From positions 24,735,605 to 24,799,604 of the forward strand of contig CM119265.1 in the NCBI GenBank assembly GCA_051294375.1: 64,000 bases of DNA, read 5' to 3'. Positions within the stretch are counted from its first letter, which is position 1. Each line of letters opens with the position of its first letter. Positions 12,339 to 25,734 of this stretch are shown here, in pieces. The notes under the pieces were generated by a model that was not told the origin of the DNA, did not search any database, and saw nothing but the letters and a program-made list of their open reading frames with translations. The DNA is from Paraspadella gotoi. Lineage: Eukaryota; Animalia; Chaetognatha. The translations under genes and the position numbers were made by a program.

Positions 12339-15300
12339 TCTCCTCTCTCTCTCTCTTAGTCCAAACCTACCTGAGTCCGCTGACGGCGGCAGAGTAGCCG
12401 AGAGCAGAGGGTAAAGTCCATAGCCAACGACGCTGGCTCGCGGCTGCGCCGCGAACGCCGCTGCCTGACTGCACTCGACGCGGAGCAGCGCGAAAAAGCT
12501 GCTGTCAGGCTGGCGCGAGCACGCTAAAATCCCGTATTGATCCGCCTGAAAGAATTGTTTCATCTGAAGACGGACTCCGGCTCGTGTTCTTCAAACTCTC
12601 GCTGCTGCATTCGTATCTCACTCGAACACCACGGCTACGCTTCTTCGATGTCACGCTGCGCTGGTCAAAGCGTCATTGATGCCGCCGATCGATCTCGTGG
12701 CGTTCTCTGCATCGCGATTCGACATTTCGATTCATGCGCCGTCGATTTGAGAATGAAAGGAGTCATGGACTCGATAACCGGAAATGGTCTTTGACCCGAC
12801 CTTTGACCTGGTCACAGAGTCGTGGTGAGAGAGACCGTGACAATGGACAGTTCGCCGCCAAGACGAGACGTTAAGCCGCGTAGTAGCGATGACTCATTGT
12901 TTGACATCGGTCGTTGCGGCCAATCCGTGAACGCGTCGATGACGCACACGTTACAGCGGCCAAATCGACGCCTTAAACCCGTCTACCTTCTCCGCCCTCA
13001 CTTTTTCCCACTTACGCCTACTCGACTCGCCTTATCTCCTATGCGCGCAAATGATTTTCCTTTGTGTTTTCTTGCGCTCTCATTTCCGCGTCACGTGAAG
13101 TAATCGATTCGCCAAAACAATCCTGGCCGAGTCGCGCCTCTGTTTCCGTCCGGGTGCCGCACCGCCTATTGTTTTCCATTTTCTCTCGTTCCTCCTTGGT
13201 TTTCTCGGCGTCCGACCGCCATCTGTTTTCTCAACTTCAACTCTCCTACTCAATCTTTCTCCGAGCATGAGCCCGCTGGGCTGAACGACTGACTGGGTTT
13301 CTTCCTCGAGGACGCGACGGGTTGGGCTTTCTCGTTGGGTTTGGCCTTTCCCCTCCGTTCGCGTCGGCGAGTCTCTCTCGATTCTTCCCCGTTGAGATTT
13401 CGATGTTCGTTCGCTCGCCTCCTTAAGATTTCCAAAAGACCTGTTCCCTGGTCCCGCTGTTTTTACATTCGATCGTCGTCGTCCGTCGTCGTCGGTCGTC
13501 GTCTCGTGTCGTCGTCGGTCGCGTCGTCGTCGTCGTCGTCAGTCGAGGAAACAGAAAGTCAAATCAGTCGAAAAATACCTTCCAACGGAAAAACGATCGA
13601 AGACGAGAGAAAGAACATTATGGCGCCCACGAGAGACAGATGTCGCTGGGATCGGTTGACAGATGGCGTTGCGGGTGGCAGACAGATGCGTAATCCGCGG
13701 CGCACAGATTGTGTATGCCATAGACGAACAGATGGCGTTGCCGTTGCGACGAAAGATGCGTTGGCGACAGATGCGTTATCTCAGTAGGCGTACAGACGGA
13801 ATCGGCCGAGGCAAGTATGGCGCAACGAAGAAACCTCCTCGTTGACGTGACGGGCGACAGGATCGACGATGCAGATGTCGCTGTCCAAGCAGCAGGAAAT
13901 GGTAATCCCCGACCGAGTAATAGAAGATTGATATCGAGAATTCCTAGCGGAGAGACGGCGCCGCTGACGCCGCAGCAGTCATCCTGCCGCTGCTCCCTGC
14001 AGCGCGGATAGCGCTCAAGCGAAAAATCTTCCTCCAAAATTGTTTTTTCTCTTGACGTACGAACAGGGAAGCGGGCGCGGGTGAGAAGAAGGGGAAGGGG
14101 GCGAATTGGCGCCGGGGGAAGGTGGTCGGCGGTCGTGAGAGAGGGAAGGGGGCGAATTGGCGCCGGGGGGAAGGGTGGTCCGGCAGGGTGAGAGAGGGAA
14201 GGGGGCGAAATTGGCGCCGCGGTGAAGGTGGTTCGGCGGGAATGCGGGGCGCAAAGAGAGAGGTGAACTGCGGGGTGAAGGGTGAGAATCGGGGTAAGTT
14301 CGAGGGCAGGAGTAAGCTGGAGTGGCGAGTGGGTGGGATGGCGGATGAGGTAAGGGAGGGTAGAAGAATTTGAGGCTAAGGGGAGATTCTCGTCGTCGTC
14401 GGCCTTCGACGACCCGGCGTCCCCGTCCGGACGATAAAATTACGGCGGCGGAATAAGAAAACGGCGTCGCCCCTCCCTGGCCTACGGCGCATCTCTCGAT
14501 CGGAACGGCTGCCAATTTTTGAGTTCTTTTATACATTCCGGGAATTCGACGCCGGAATTTCCCGGCGCTCGCGAACGGTTTCGTCATCTGTGGGGCGCCA
14601 AAGGAATGGAATTTTCGGGAGGCGTGCGCCCGAGAATTACGCGGAAAGACCCGCCCGCGCACGTTTCCATGGAGATTTCTTCGAGACGCCAATTTTGACA
14701 AGAAATCCCGCGATCTCTCAAGTAGGCGGCGGACGACGCCGCTACGCCCATAACAACGACGGCGGACGACGACAAGATGGACGAAGATAGAAGAACGACG
14801 AAGATAGATGACGACCGACGATGCGGTGGAAGATGGAGACCGAAAAGACGAAAAGCAGTCATAGCGTCTGTCGTTTGATATTTATCTTGCAAATCCAGTC
14901 GGGAATTTGAAAAATTTCCGAGAAGAAGAAGAAAAAAAAGAGGGAAAAAAAAATGTAGGAAATAAACGATTTTTTTTTAAAAATTAAAAAAAAAACTCCT
15001 TCTTAGGGTTTTGAGTTTCTTTCCTCGGATGAGAAGAAAAAATGGGGAAGGAGGAATCGCGAAATGGCCATCAGGATGGAAATCCCGGGAGTGGAATCGG
15101 AGTGGAAATCGGGAGGTGGAAAATCTTGGTGGAAGTCATGGGAAAGTCATGGTGGATTCTTGATGATGAGATTGGGGGAATCTGGTTCCTTTATTCCTTA
15201 TCTTTTTATCGAGGGGAAATCGTGTTCGGAGTCTTGAGAAAAATATGGAGAAAGCATTGATGTAAACTTATGCACATATGCGAAATATCAATCGATCAAT

Positions 15301-16017
15301 ATTTTTTATTAAACACTAATACACTTCAAAAAGCCGAAGTAGCAGCAAGTTAATAGATTGGAGTTTCTCATTAAATAGGATCTTCCCAACAGAAATTAAT
15401 GAACGAGATGGATCAATATAGAAAACTAAGAGCAGAGTGAAGGAAATCAACCTTGTGTGTGTGGATGCCTCCTTTATTTCACAGAGACAACACATTACTC
15501 CCGATTCCCAATATTTTGCATGCAAGCAAAGAAAAATATAGAGAAACAAATAAATAATCAATCATAAATCATAATATTTTAAAATTAAAAAAAAACTATA
15601 GTATGTGAAACAAGTAATCTATCTGACAATTTTCACATATGCTGTTTGTTGATCACTGTCAATTGGACCAGTTTGTCTTTTCTCGTAATTTATGATCGTG
15701 ATTGGATCTACTGATTAGATTTACGAATTAAATCTATTTCCCAATTTAGAATTATAAAATTTTTAAAATTCCAATTCCTCAACATTCGACTCATCGAAAC
15801 CCGTTTAGGTCCGTTTACTCTTCGGTCGTTCGTCTCCAATCGGCAAACCGAGCCCCACGATTCCTTCCACAGCAACAAAAGCGACTAATGACTTTAGTTC
15901 AAATTAATTTAGATTTTTTCTTTTCTTTTTTTTCATTCTTCCTCCCCTCGTTTTGTCTAACTTTCTCCTCCTCTGTCAACTTTCGATTGCCTTCCATTAA
16001 TTTTTATTTTTATCCTA

Positions 16018-16328
16018 TTTTTTTAGATGCCGCCACGAGTCTCGCGGAGTAACTCGTATAGTCACTTTTCGTCGGTCTGTCGCGTCGGTATGTCCGTCCC
16101 GTTGGTCTATCCAACTTAGTTAAAAATGCAGTATAATTTGACCATAGTTGGTTGCTCATTTGTTAAAGACAGAAAGAACCTCAAATCTAAGAGACTGCTA
16201 GCGCCGCCTTCAGGAATTCCTAAAACAATATAAGAAATAAAATACGGAATGTGATCAAGGGAACAAATGCATCAGTGTAAAAATAAAGTAACTGCGACGC
16301 AACACGTTGGAATTACCGCTCTTGTTTT
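16018..16328 (+). mobile_element. HINE-like element, copy D (complete; likely the same locus as copy C)
   Basis: Same head and core as copy C, continuing to AAGTAACTGCGACGCAACACGTTGGAATTACCGCTCTTGTTTT. Confidence 0.65.
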
Positions 16329-16703
16329 TATTCTTTTTTTATTCCTTTCCTTTTCGTGTCTTTTTCACCCTTTTCTATCCCTTTCTCTATCTTCTCTTTC
16401 CTAATTTTTCTCTTCACTTACCTCCTCTCCCCCTCCACCCCCATATTTGCTCTTCTCATTTTTGTCTCTTTCAATTTTCAGCCTCTTACTTTTCGCTTTC
16501 TCTTGCTCCAATTTTTGTATTTTTTTATTTTAGAATCCGAATTTTGTTGTCTTTTTTTCTTTCTGTCTTTCTGTTTTCCTTCTATTCCNNNNNNNNNNNN
16601 NNNNNNNNNNNNNCTATTCTATCCATCTTCTATCTTTATATCTTCTAATCATTACTTTTTCTTCCTTCTAAATCCTTTTCGCTCTAGTTCTGTCTATCTT
16701 TTA

Positions 16704-16734
<31 letters not shown>

Positions 16735-18350
16735 GCTTATCTCCCTTTCTTTTTTCTTCATCTCTCTTTTCCTCTCTGTCTCTGTCTCTCTCAATCTTTC
16801 TCCTCTCCCGTATTTAATTGCTCTCCTTCTCTCTCTCCTACGTGAGTCCTCTTGGTAGAAGGGTGAAAAGTCGATGGTTCTCAGTCGCCAAGGTTTCACG
16901 GAGATATGGTCGCATCAAATGTCACAGAAGATGTTACCAAAGATGTCACAAGAGACGTCACGAAAGATATTAGAGGACATGTCGACAGGAGAGAGGACCT
17001 GGAAAATATATCACGGGAGACGTCTCAAGAGATGTAAGCAAAAAAAATCGAAATGACATGTGATATGAAACCAAGCGGAAAATATTCTTCGGGGATTATC
17101 CAGGGGATGTCTCTGAAAATCTAATCTTTAAAATTAAATGAAGTATTATTTCAATATAAAAGTGTAGAGATATATTAATACGTAATACAAACGGTTCTAG
17201 CTTAAAAGGAACCACGATGTTATATTCCACATAAGACACGCGTCATTCTCAACGTTATAAGTTACCAATGTCACGATTTGCGCCATGAAATATTCTAAAT
17301 GTCATGAGACGAATTACGTTAATCGTTTTCGACATTTTACGACTTTTTTTGTGACGGAGAAATTTTTTTTTATTTTTTTTTTCTTTTCTTTTTCTTTTTT
17401 TTTTCTTTTCTTTTCCTTTTTTTCTTTTATTGTTTCTTTCATAGTTCGTCGTCGTTCTATTGTCTATTGTGGTTATTTCGTAAAGCGTAGAAACATTTTA
17501 CAAATTCACATTCTACAGAATTTCAGTTTTGATTTTAGTTTTATATTTTATACATAATTATTACTTTATTTTATTATTTCCTTTTTCCCCCCCAAGTTTA
17601 CATTTTTACCTTTCCTCCATTCTTATTTTTTTATATCCTTTTTACACTCGTTACAATATTCCCCCGAGATACGTTAGTTTCCATTGTCTCTCCAGATCTC
17701 TATTTCCTTTCCCACTCTATGTTTTTCTCTTTAATGCCCTTTTTTCCCCCCGACTACAATATTCCCACGACTTATTTTTTATTATTTTTATATCTATACC
17801 TTTTTCCTTCTCTTTCTTTTTTTATTCTCTTTCTGTTACAATTTTATTAGCTTTTTCTTTCTTGTTTCTATTTCCTTATGTTTCGATATTTATTTCTTTT
17901 TTCATTTTTTTTTTATTTACTTCTTACTTTTCTCGTGGTACATATATTTATTTTTTCTTTATTTTCATCCTTTTTATTTTCTTTTTTCTTCTTCTTTCTC
18001 TCTTTATTTTCTCTCTTCTCCCTTCTCTTTTTATTTTCTTTCTTTCTTCTTCTTTCTCTCTTTATTATCTTTCTTCTCCTCTCTCTTTTTACTTTCTTTC
18101 TTTCTTCTTCTTCTCTCTTTTTTTACTTTCTTTCTTTCTTCTTCTTTCTCTCTTTATTTTCCCACTTTTTTCTTCTTCTCCTCTTTATTCTCCTCTCTAT
18201 TTATTTACGTTTTTTTTCTTTCTTCTCTTCTTTCTCTTCGACCTTGAGCGCTCTCCTCCGCTTCGGTCCCTCATCGACACTTAGTCGCTTCCATTATCCT
18301 GGTGCTCATCATTTCCCAGCCAAGGATCGCGAGCGGCGCTGATCTCAGTT

Positions 18351-18516
18351 CGCACGCCGATGCGAACGCGTCTTTGACTGCATCCAGATTGCACGCACAG
18401 TTCATCTCTGAGCGCCTGCCGATGCGAACATGTCTTCAACTGCATACTTGATCCCGGCGCGTACGCCGATGCAAATGTGTCTTTGACTGCATCCACATGG
18501 CATGCACCGTTGATCA
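18351..18516 (+). repeat. Three-copy GC-rich tandem repeat (core GCCGATGCGAACGCGTCTTTGACTGCATC)
   Basis: Cores at 18356, 18418 and 18465. Units 1 and 3 share their downstream sequence. Confidence 0.75.
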
Positions 18517-18691
18517 GGTTCTGTCTCCCTTTTCTAATTCTTAACAAAAAGTTTTAGTTTTATTTTGTAAACATCAAATATTGCCTCCTATCTATTTGAT
18601 ATTTCTTTCAGTTTCAATAATGTAAAATGAACTATTAAAATCTTAGGTATAAAATGTTATCCCAATCCAGTAACCGATTTTCAGTTTAGGA

Positions 18692-19366
18692 AAATAAAAA
18701 AACCCTTTGTCCCATTCCGCTTCACAATGCGATCGTGAAAAAGCCCACTTTCGCGAAGGCAAAGAGACGGCCCATCGCACCCGCCCCGCTCGCCCTCCCC
18801 CATTTTCGAATTTACTTTTTTTCTCTTCTTTATTTCCTCTCATCTTTTTTTTTGCGGGTATTAATTTCACTCTTTTTAGGATTCTTCGACGCAGTTCTAT
18901 ACATATAGTAGTATTTTTTAAACTCTGTTTGTTTTTTTGGTCATACTTCTTTTTCTGATAAATATAGATTATGAATTTTTTTTTTATTCGTATTCCGTCA
19001 GGACTGATTTTGGTGGTCTCCAAAGCCACAATGGACTGCAATTATAAAAGATACGTATTACGATTGGTTCGCAAGACATCAGCTTCCATTGGCTTTTTTG
19101 GGAACGAAAAGCCCGAGAAAAAAAAACTGATATCAAATTCGGACGACAGCCCGGNNNNNNNNNNNNNNNNNNNNNNNNNTCGTCTTGATTCAGGGTGGCA
19201 GAGGCGTTGTCTATGACACGTGGCATCGGCAGTGTCGGCGGCGCGTCGGCAGCGGCGGCAGAGTCGGCGGCGCCAGAACCGGGAAAGTCTTGGCTGCGTG
19301 ATTGACCGTCTTACTGATTTATTCATAAACTTTGGAAATTCTTCTTTTTTTTCCTTCTCCTGCGAA

Positions 19367-19428
<62 letters not shown>

Positions 19429-19441
19429 CTTCTTCTCTCTA

Positions 19442-19483
<42 letters not shown>

Positions 19484-19832
19484 TCTCTCAATTTCTCTTT
19501 CTCTTTAATGCTTCAGTCATTTTCCTATTCTTTACACGGATTCGCACAGATTACATTCAGCACTGCAGTTCTATCGAGTCGAACTCGTGAGTCGAGTTTC
19601 CACATTTTCTCTGTGAACTTTGTTTTGAGTTTCGAGTCTAAAAAGCGATGCCATCGTCAAAAGGGGAAAAAATGCAAACGTTGATATTTTTATGGAACAA
19701 AAATCTTTTTGATCATAAATGGAAAAAAAAAACGAAAAAAAAAAGGTTCGAAGTTACAATTTTCGACTCAAATGTTTCTCGTATGTAAAACTGCTTCTTC
19801 TCTCTCTTTCTCTCTCTCTCTCTTTCTCTCTT

Positions 19833-19891
<59 letters not shown>

Positions 19892-19901
19892 GTCTCTCTG
19901 C

Positions 19902-19942
<41 letters not shown>

Positions 19943-20645
19943 CCACTTCTCTTTATCATCAATCTCTGTCAAAACCCCAGCCCAAAAACCTTTCTCTACC
20001 TTCTTTCTTCACATCCCTTCCCTCCCCATTCAAACCTATCATCCCTCTCCCCTCATCTCCACTTTCTACCATCCTCATCCCTTAACCGCCCAATCCCCCA
20101 CCCCGTGGCCCCCACACCACCATACTTCTACATATCCACTCATCATTGGAAAGTAAAAAACGCGACCTGGAGTTATATCCTGTATGGCACAAAAAAAAAA
20201 AAAAAGAAAATAAAAAAACCCTTTGTCCCATTCCGCTTCAAAATGCGATCGTGAAAAAGCCCACTTTCGCGAAGGCAAAGAGACGGCCCATCCGCCCCGC
20301 CCGCTGCCCTCCCCCATTTCGATTTACTTTTTTTCTCTTCTTTATTTCTCTCATCTTTTTTTTTGGGGGTATTATTCTCTTTTTAGGATTCTTCGACGCA
20401 GTTCTATACATAGTAGTATTTTTTAAACTCTGTTTGTTTTTTTGGTCATACTTCTTTTCTGATAAATATAGATATGAAATTTTTTTTTTATTCGTATTCC
20501 GTCAGGACGATTCTGTTGATCTGGCCAATGTCCCAAGCACATGGACTGCAATTATAAAAGATACGTCATTGGTTCGCAAGACATCAAGTTCCATTGGCTT
20601 TTTTGGGAACGAAAAGCCCGAGAAAAAAAAACTGATATCAAATCG
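18692..20645 (+). repeat. ~450 bp direct duplication (18692-19140 and ~20207-20645)
   Basis: Shared AAAACCCTTTGTCCCATTCCGCTTC...GGGAACGAAAAGCCCGAGAAAAAAAAACTGATATCAAAT. The first copy ends just before an N gap. Confidence 0.85.
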
Positions 20646-21766
20646 GAGAAGGGAAACTGAAAATCGCGTACTGGAATTCGGGATAACACGCAATTCCTAA
20701 TCTTTTTTTTTTACTAAATCGCTTTCTTGTAAATTGAAAACAGTTAAGTGTTGACTCAGGATTTAAAGTTTGCAAGACAATGACTCAGAAGACGCGATAC
20801 ATCTCGCAGTGAGAAACCATCAACTTTGCAGAAAGGAACCTTTGATGCGATTCTCTGTCGGTGGTAAGGAGGCAACGAAGGCAGCCGACGACCGCGTGAA
20901 AAATAATGAATGAGGGAGAAGTCGGTGCGAATGACCGGACAAAAAGAATGGGAGGATGTGAAAGGAATTGAATGAGGAAAGAAAATGGGGAAGTGAAAAA
21001 CTAAGACGAAAAAATTCACGGAATCGAGCGACGTGTGATAATGGACAGTGAAAACAAGCATTGTGGTTCATTGTCGACATTTGTGAAATAAATCTCGAAT
21101 CCTTTCACCGCCATAAACTGAAGCGGGACCGAAGGGGCTTTCTATATTGTGTTTTGATAATAATTTAAACGTAATAAAGAAAGAGATCGATTGAACTCAT
21201 TAAACTTTTAAGAATCATTTTCTTAACTAACATTCATTACCCTCCAATGCCTGCAATAGCCAAATGCAATTGCCCAGTCTTTCTTTTCATTTTTCTGGTT
21301 AGACTCATCTCCAACTGATCTAATGATCTCAGAGAAGACGATCGGCACAAAGGAGAAAATTAATTCGGGGTCTTTCTCCAAGATGGCGGAGCGTCGGGAG
21401 GGTTCAGATTTGGAGGGGTCATTACCGGACGATTCGCACGCGAGGGGATTTTGGCCTTTTGAATCGTTTTAGTGTGTAATATGTAATATTTATCAGAAAT
21501 AAGTTCGGTAAAGGTTTAAATGTTAGCTGCTTTTAATTTTCCNNNNNNNNNNNNNNNNNNNNNNNNNNNNNNNNNNNNNNNNNNNNNNNNNNNNNNNNNN
21601 NNNNNNNNNNNNNNNNNNNNNNNNNNNNNNNNNNNNNNNNNNNNNNNNNNNNNNNNNNNNNNNNNNNNNNNNNNNNNNNNNNNNNNNNNNNNNNNNNNNN
21701 NNNTCTCTCTCTGTTCAATCTCTCTGATGACAAAAAACATTAAAACCTATATAGTTAATTAAAAGC

Positions 21767-22016
21767 TTCAAACAGGCAGGCGACTTTTTTCAGCTTCTAT
21801 TAAACTCGAGCCGCAGAGTGGAGACGTCAGCTTTAATTTTATTGCGTTTTAGATTAAATAATTCTTTTTATATTCTTAAAAGTAAAAAGGCCTTCGAAAA
21901 ATCCGAGAATGACTCATTTTTTTATTTAAATCATTAATTGTGGATGCAACTTATTGTTATTTTGTTTTTTTAATTTTTCGTTTGTTTATTTGACTTGGCT
22001 TCGGTGGTTTTTTTTT
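21767..22016 (+). repeat. ~250 bp direct repeat of ~39578-39825
   Basis: Shared CTTCTATTAAACTCGAGCCGCAGAGTGGAGACGTCAGCTTT...GGTGGTTTTTTT. This copy lies between two N gaps. Confidence 0.85.
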
Positions 22017-22381
22017 NNNNNNNNNNNNNNNNNNNNNNNNNAAGATCACTATTTTAGAAAGGTGTCACATGATTAGGGCTAATTAAAATTTTCCTTATTA
22101 TTTTTAAACAAAAAAAGATTGTTTAAAATTATTCTCTGAAAGTATTTTTATATGTAACAACAAATGTAAATTTTTTAAAGGAAGGAAGCGATATGCACTC
22201 GAAAGCGAAAGCGATCCGGGCTAAAAAAGTAGGGATTGCACTCGAATCGGGAAGCGGGAAGGGTCTCGGGAAGCGGGAGATTGACAGCGGTGGAAAATCG
22301 ATCGCTTCCACATCTCTGAATACAACAATAGCAATAATCATAAAAAAAAAAAAAATGCAATCTGTAATTAAATAACTCAAC

Positions 22382-22476
22382 ATTTTTGAGCCAGGACCAC
22401 GGCAACAACGATGATCACAATTAAAAACCACCGCGACAGAGAGAATCAAAGCCAATGTTTTATTCTTTTTATTCAT
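22382..22476 (-). pseudogene. Orphan duplicate of exon 1 of GH31 copy 1 (likely artefactual)
   Basis: MNKKNKTLALILSVAVVF... with a homopolymer frameshift and an altered donor (GTTGAG). The remaining exons are absent and the arm ends at an N gap. Confidence 0.6.
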
Positions 22477-24131
22477 TTTCAGACTTGATATTTAAAAAGA
22501 TTCAAGTGTAAATGTATCGATAGGTCGGTATTTCTGAAGTGAATCAATATTTTGCTTCCCCTTGCTCTTGATCACAAGATAACAAAGAGTCAAGGTATGG
22601 ATAGGAGATCCCGAGGATTAGAGTAAACCCTTATCAATAATAATATCTATTATCTTATCGCTATTCTTTCCCCGCTGGAAAACGAGACAAACACTCGAAA
22701 ATCGTTTCGACAGACGTGATCAAGCGCTTCTGGTTGCAATGCGAGCTTTTCAATGTTTTGCGATGTACATCGGGTGTTCTGATTTCATTACGTCGCGTTT
22801 TATGTACTAAAACGAGTTTAGAAACGAATTTGACGGATCTGATCATCATAAAAATGATCTTTTGTTGGTAACGGTTTTGCGAAGTAAAACTGCAGATGGC
22901 AAATTATCATGGGAGAAAAACTTTAAACAAAAGTCTAGGGTTATAACTTATAAGACTTTGAGCGACTCTTGCTTCTAAAATGCATGTGAGTACGAAGAAA
23001 GAAAGTTAAGAGTAAAAAAAAAATGTAAAAAAAAAATATATAAAAATAAATGGCATTTCCTGGAGATCAATGCCCTCTGGAGGCCTATGGGAAAACGAAG
23101 AGCAAGGTTTTTTCTTAAAGAATTAATGGAAAAAAGAAGAGGAACGAAATGGAACTAAAGTACTAAAGTAAAGAGGATAAAAAAATAAAAATAAAAGAAA
23201 TTCAGATATAAAATTTTTAAAATATTTTTTTTTTGTTATATGAAATTGGTACAACCAATATATATTTGGGTAAAAATTAAGGTTACAATAAATTATGGTT
23301 AGGAATAAATTAAAAATAATGTAGTTAACTAGAAAACGATCTTAAATTTTCTTTTCCGTAAAGAAACGTACTATATTTTTTCCTCTTCTTTCTTTTCGTT
23401 TTCCCATAAGCCTCCAGAGCGAATTCAAATAAATAATATTGGTGTTTTCTCATTGAAATTTTAATGAAGCATAGTATTAGTAAATGTTTCTCTTTGGTCA
23501 ATGCCAATGGTAAGGATTTTTGAGATATAAATAACAGTTGGTCTTTGTTTACTTTTTTTGATGCGAGGAAGACATCTATCGCAATTGCGAGTAATTCTTG
23601 AATAAGTTTAGTTTAGCAAAGTATATTCAGAATGATGATAGCTTTATACAAATCCACTGACTCGTGAGTGTAAAGTTCATACAAACATGAGATTTCCCAA
23701 AAAAAAACAAAAAAAAAAAAAAAAACAAACAAAACAAACACTAATACAAATGTAATTTGTTTTATTCCAAATATTTAAACCTTCTTTCGTTGATCTTTCT
23801 TTCTGCGTTTTTGTTTTGTTGAAATTTTGATTATTTTTAATGAACATTCAGAAAATCAATTTAAAATTTGGACATTTAGCTATTTTCGCTAATATTTCAG
23901 CTTCCATTCCCAAGATCACGATTTCCAGCAAATCAATTCCTTCCTTCGCTGAGATTCCAAATTAATTGGATCCTTTTTCGAAAATCCATCTCCCCTTCCC
24001 AATTAGTCCGTCCGTCCGTCCGTCCATCATTCCGTCTCTCCATCGATCTGTTCGCGATCGATCACCAATGACGTCGTCTCAGCTGAGCGATTAGATTTAG
24101 TCGAGTCCGTTTAACTGATGTTGATTAAACT

Positions 24132-24336
24132 ATGAAATTGTACAACCAATATAAAAATTATCCATTCATTCAATAAATAAGCTATCTTGTCCCTGACGTT
24201 GGACAGGCTTTGGCGGTTTTAAGGCCTCCATCAATAATAAAGATAATAACATAGCAGGTTTTTGCAAGGTTTCAATCAAGACTCTCTCACAGTCTTATTT
24301 ATTCACTCCCAGTGAACCTGGCTTCCCTATCAATGA
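24132..24336 (+). mobile_element. Short interspersed repeat family 2 (ATGAAATTGGTACAACCAATATAAAATTATCCATTCATT...)
   Basis: About 200 bp, homologous to 56173-56350 and, inverted, to 56013-56148. Fragments at ~23240 and ~60407-60452. Mirrored at 48688-48892 by the large inverted repeat. Confidence 0.6.
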
Positions 24337-25244
24337 AGTGGTATAATATTTCAAAAGATGTTTCAATTGTATGAAAAAGACCACTCCATTATTATTTTTA
24401 TATTTTTTTTACCTCTTAATTAGCGAACAACATATATCACTATTTTATTTAAATGTGATCCCCAACTTTCTACAAAAAAAGCGAATCATGACTTTCGAGC
24501 CACTCAATGATCATTTCGCCCGTCCAACCTCGTCCTACGGACGGACGTACGAACGGACAAACGGGATGGGCTCCTTTCTTCTGCTCCATTGCGAAGAACA
24601 AAGAGAAGTAAAGTTAAGTCAACCAAAAGTCGAAGACAAATCGCGATCGCGTGTCCTCATCGTCGTCGTCGTCGTCCGTTGTTGTTGTTGTTGTTATTGT
24701 TGCCAATCAGTATTGCCAACGAAAAACCTGTAGTTGTTGTTGTTGTTTTTAGTATAAAAGGAGAGAGACCGACGCGGGTCTATTACCCCTCTCCTCATTC
24801 ACCTCCTCTTCATCCTCCTCCCAGGGATTCGGGGCCGCGTTCACGAGATTCAGTTTCACCTTCTCTCTCTTCTCCTACTTGTTTCTCCCCTTCTTTAACC
24901 CTCATGATTTAGTCGACGTATAGATTTTTCCCGAAGTTCAATATATATTTTCCCGCTTTCTTTCTCGTGACTTTACTTCTGGTTAGGGTACCTTTTCAGA
25001 GGTTTTGTTTATCGTCAATCCATCGATTCAGGTTCTCGTTAGAAGTTGTTATTGTTGTAATCGAACCGTCGAATGATTAACTCGACCAACGCAACCTCGT
25101 TCACGATATCCATTATCCAGCGAGCGAAGAATCTCAGCTGCTTCCTTTTCCAAGTCGCATTTAAATGACCGTCGAAGAATCGGACGCAGGACCGAGGTCC
25201 TTCTCCGCCTCGAAGAGAAAACGATGAACGAAGCCAAATTATCT

Positions 25245-25294
<50 letters not shown>

Positions 25295-25682
25295 AATCAT
25301 CGCTCTGGGGTAGAATTTCTTAAAAACTTGTTTCAAGACCATCAGCAATTATTTCAGTCTGATTTCATTGTCATTCAACGACGAAGACAACAACAACGAC
25401 AACGAGGGTGAGGAATTGCGAACGATGATGAGAGTGAGAGACTCTGTCTCTATCATTTCGCTCAACAACTCATTTTCTTCTCAGATCCTGGATTCTCTCC
25501 CATATTAGCACCATCGTTCCTTCTCTCTTTCTCCCTTGCTCATCCTCGGCCCGCCTCTTCCTCCTCTCCTCTCCTCCTCCTCCTCCTCATCTTTCTGCTG
25601 CCAAACGCCATTGAGGCAACGATTCCATGGCGTTGGCTTGTGTGCGTGAGAGGATCTGCTAACGGCTGTTGATGTACGAGAG

Positions 25683-25734
<52 letters not shown>

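Noticed and set aside
18351-18516. Repeat-spacer-repeat pattern resembling a mini-CRISPR
   Set aside because: The 'spacers' after units 1 and 3 are homologous and spacer lengths are unequal; this is a degenerate tandem repeat.
25039-25660. Possible exon with poly-Asp/Thr (mirror at ~47370-47980)
   Set aside because: Frames disagree between the two copies, stops occur in the frames checked, and no motif was recognised; coding status is unsupported.
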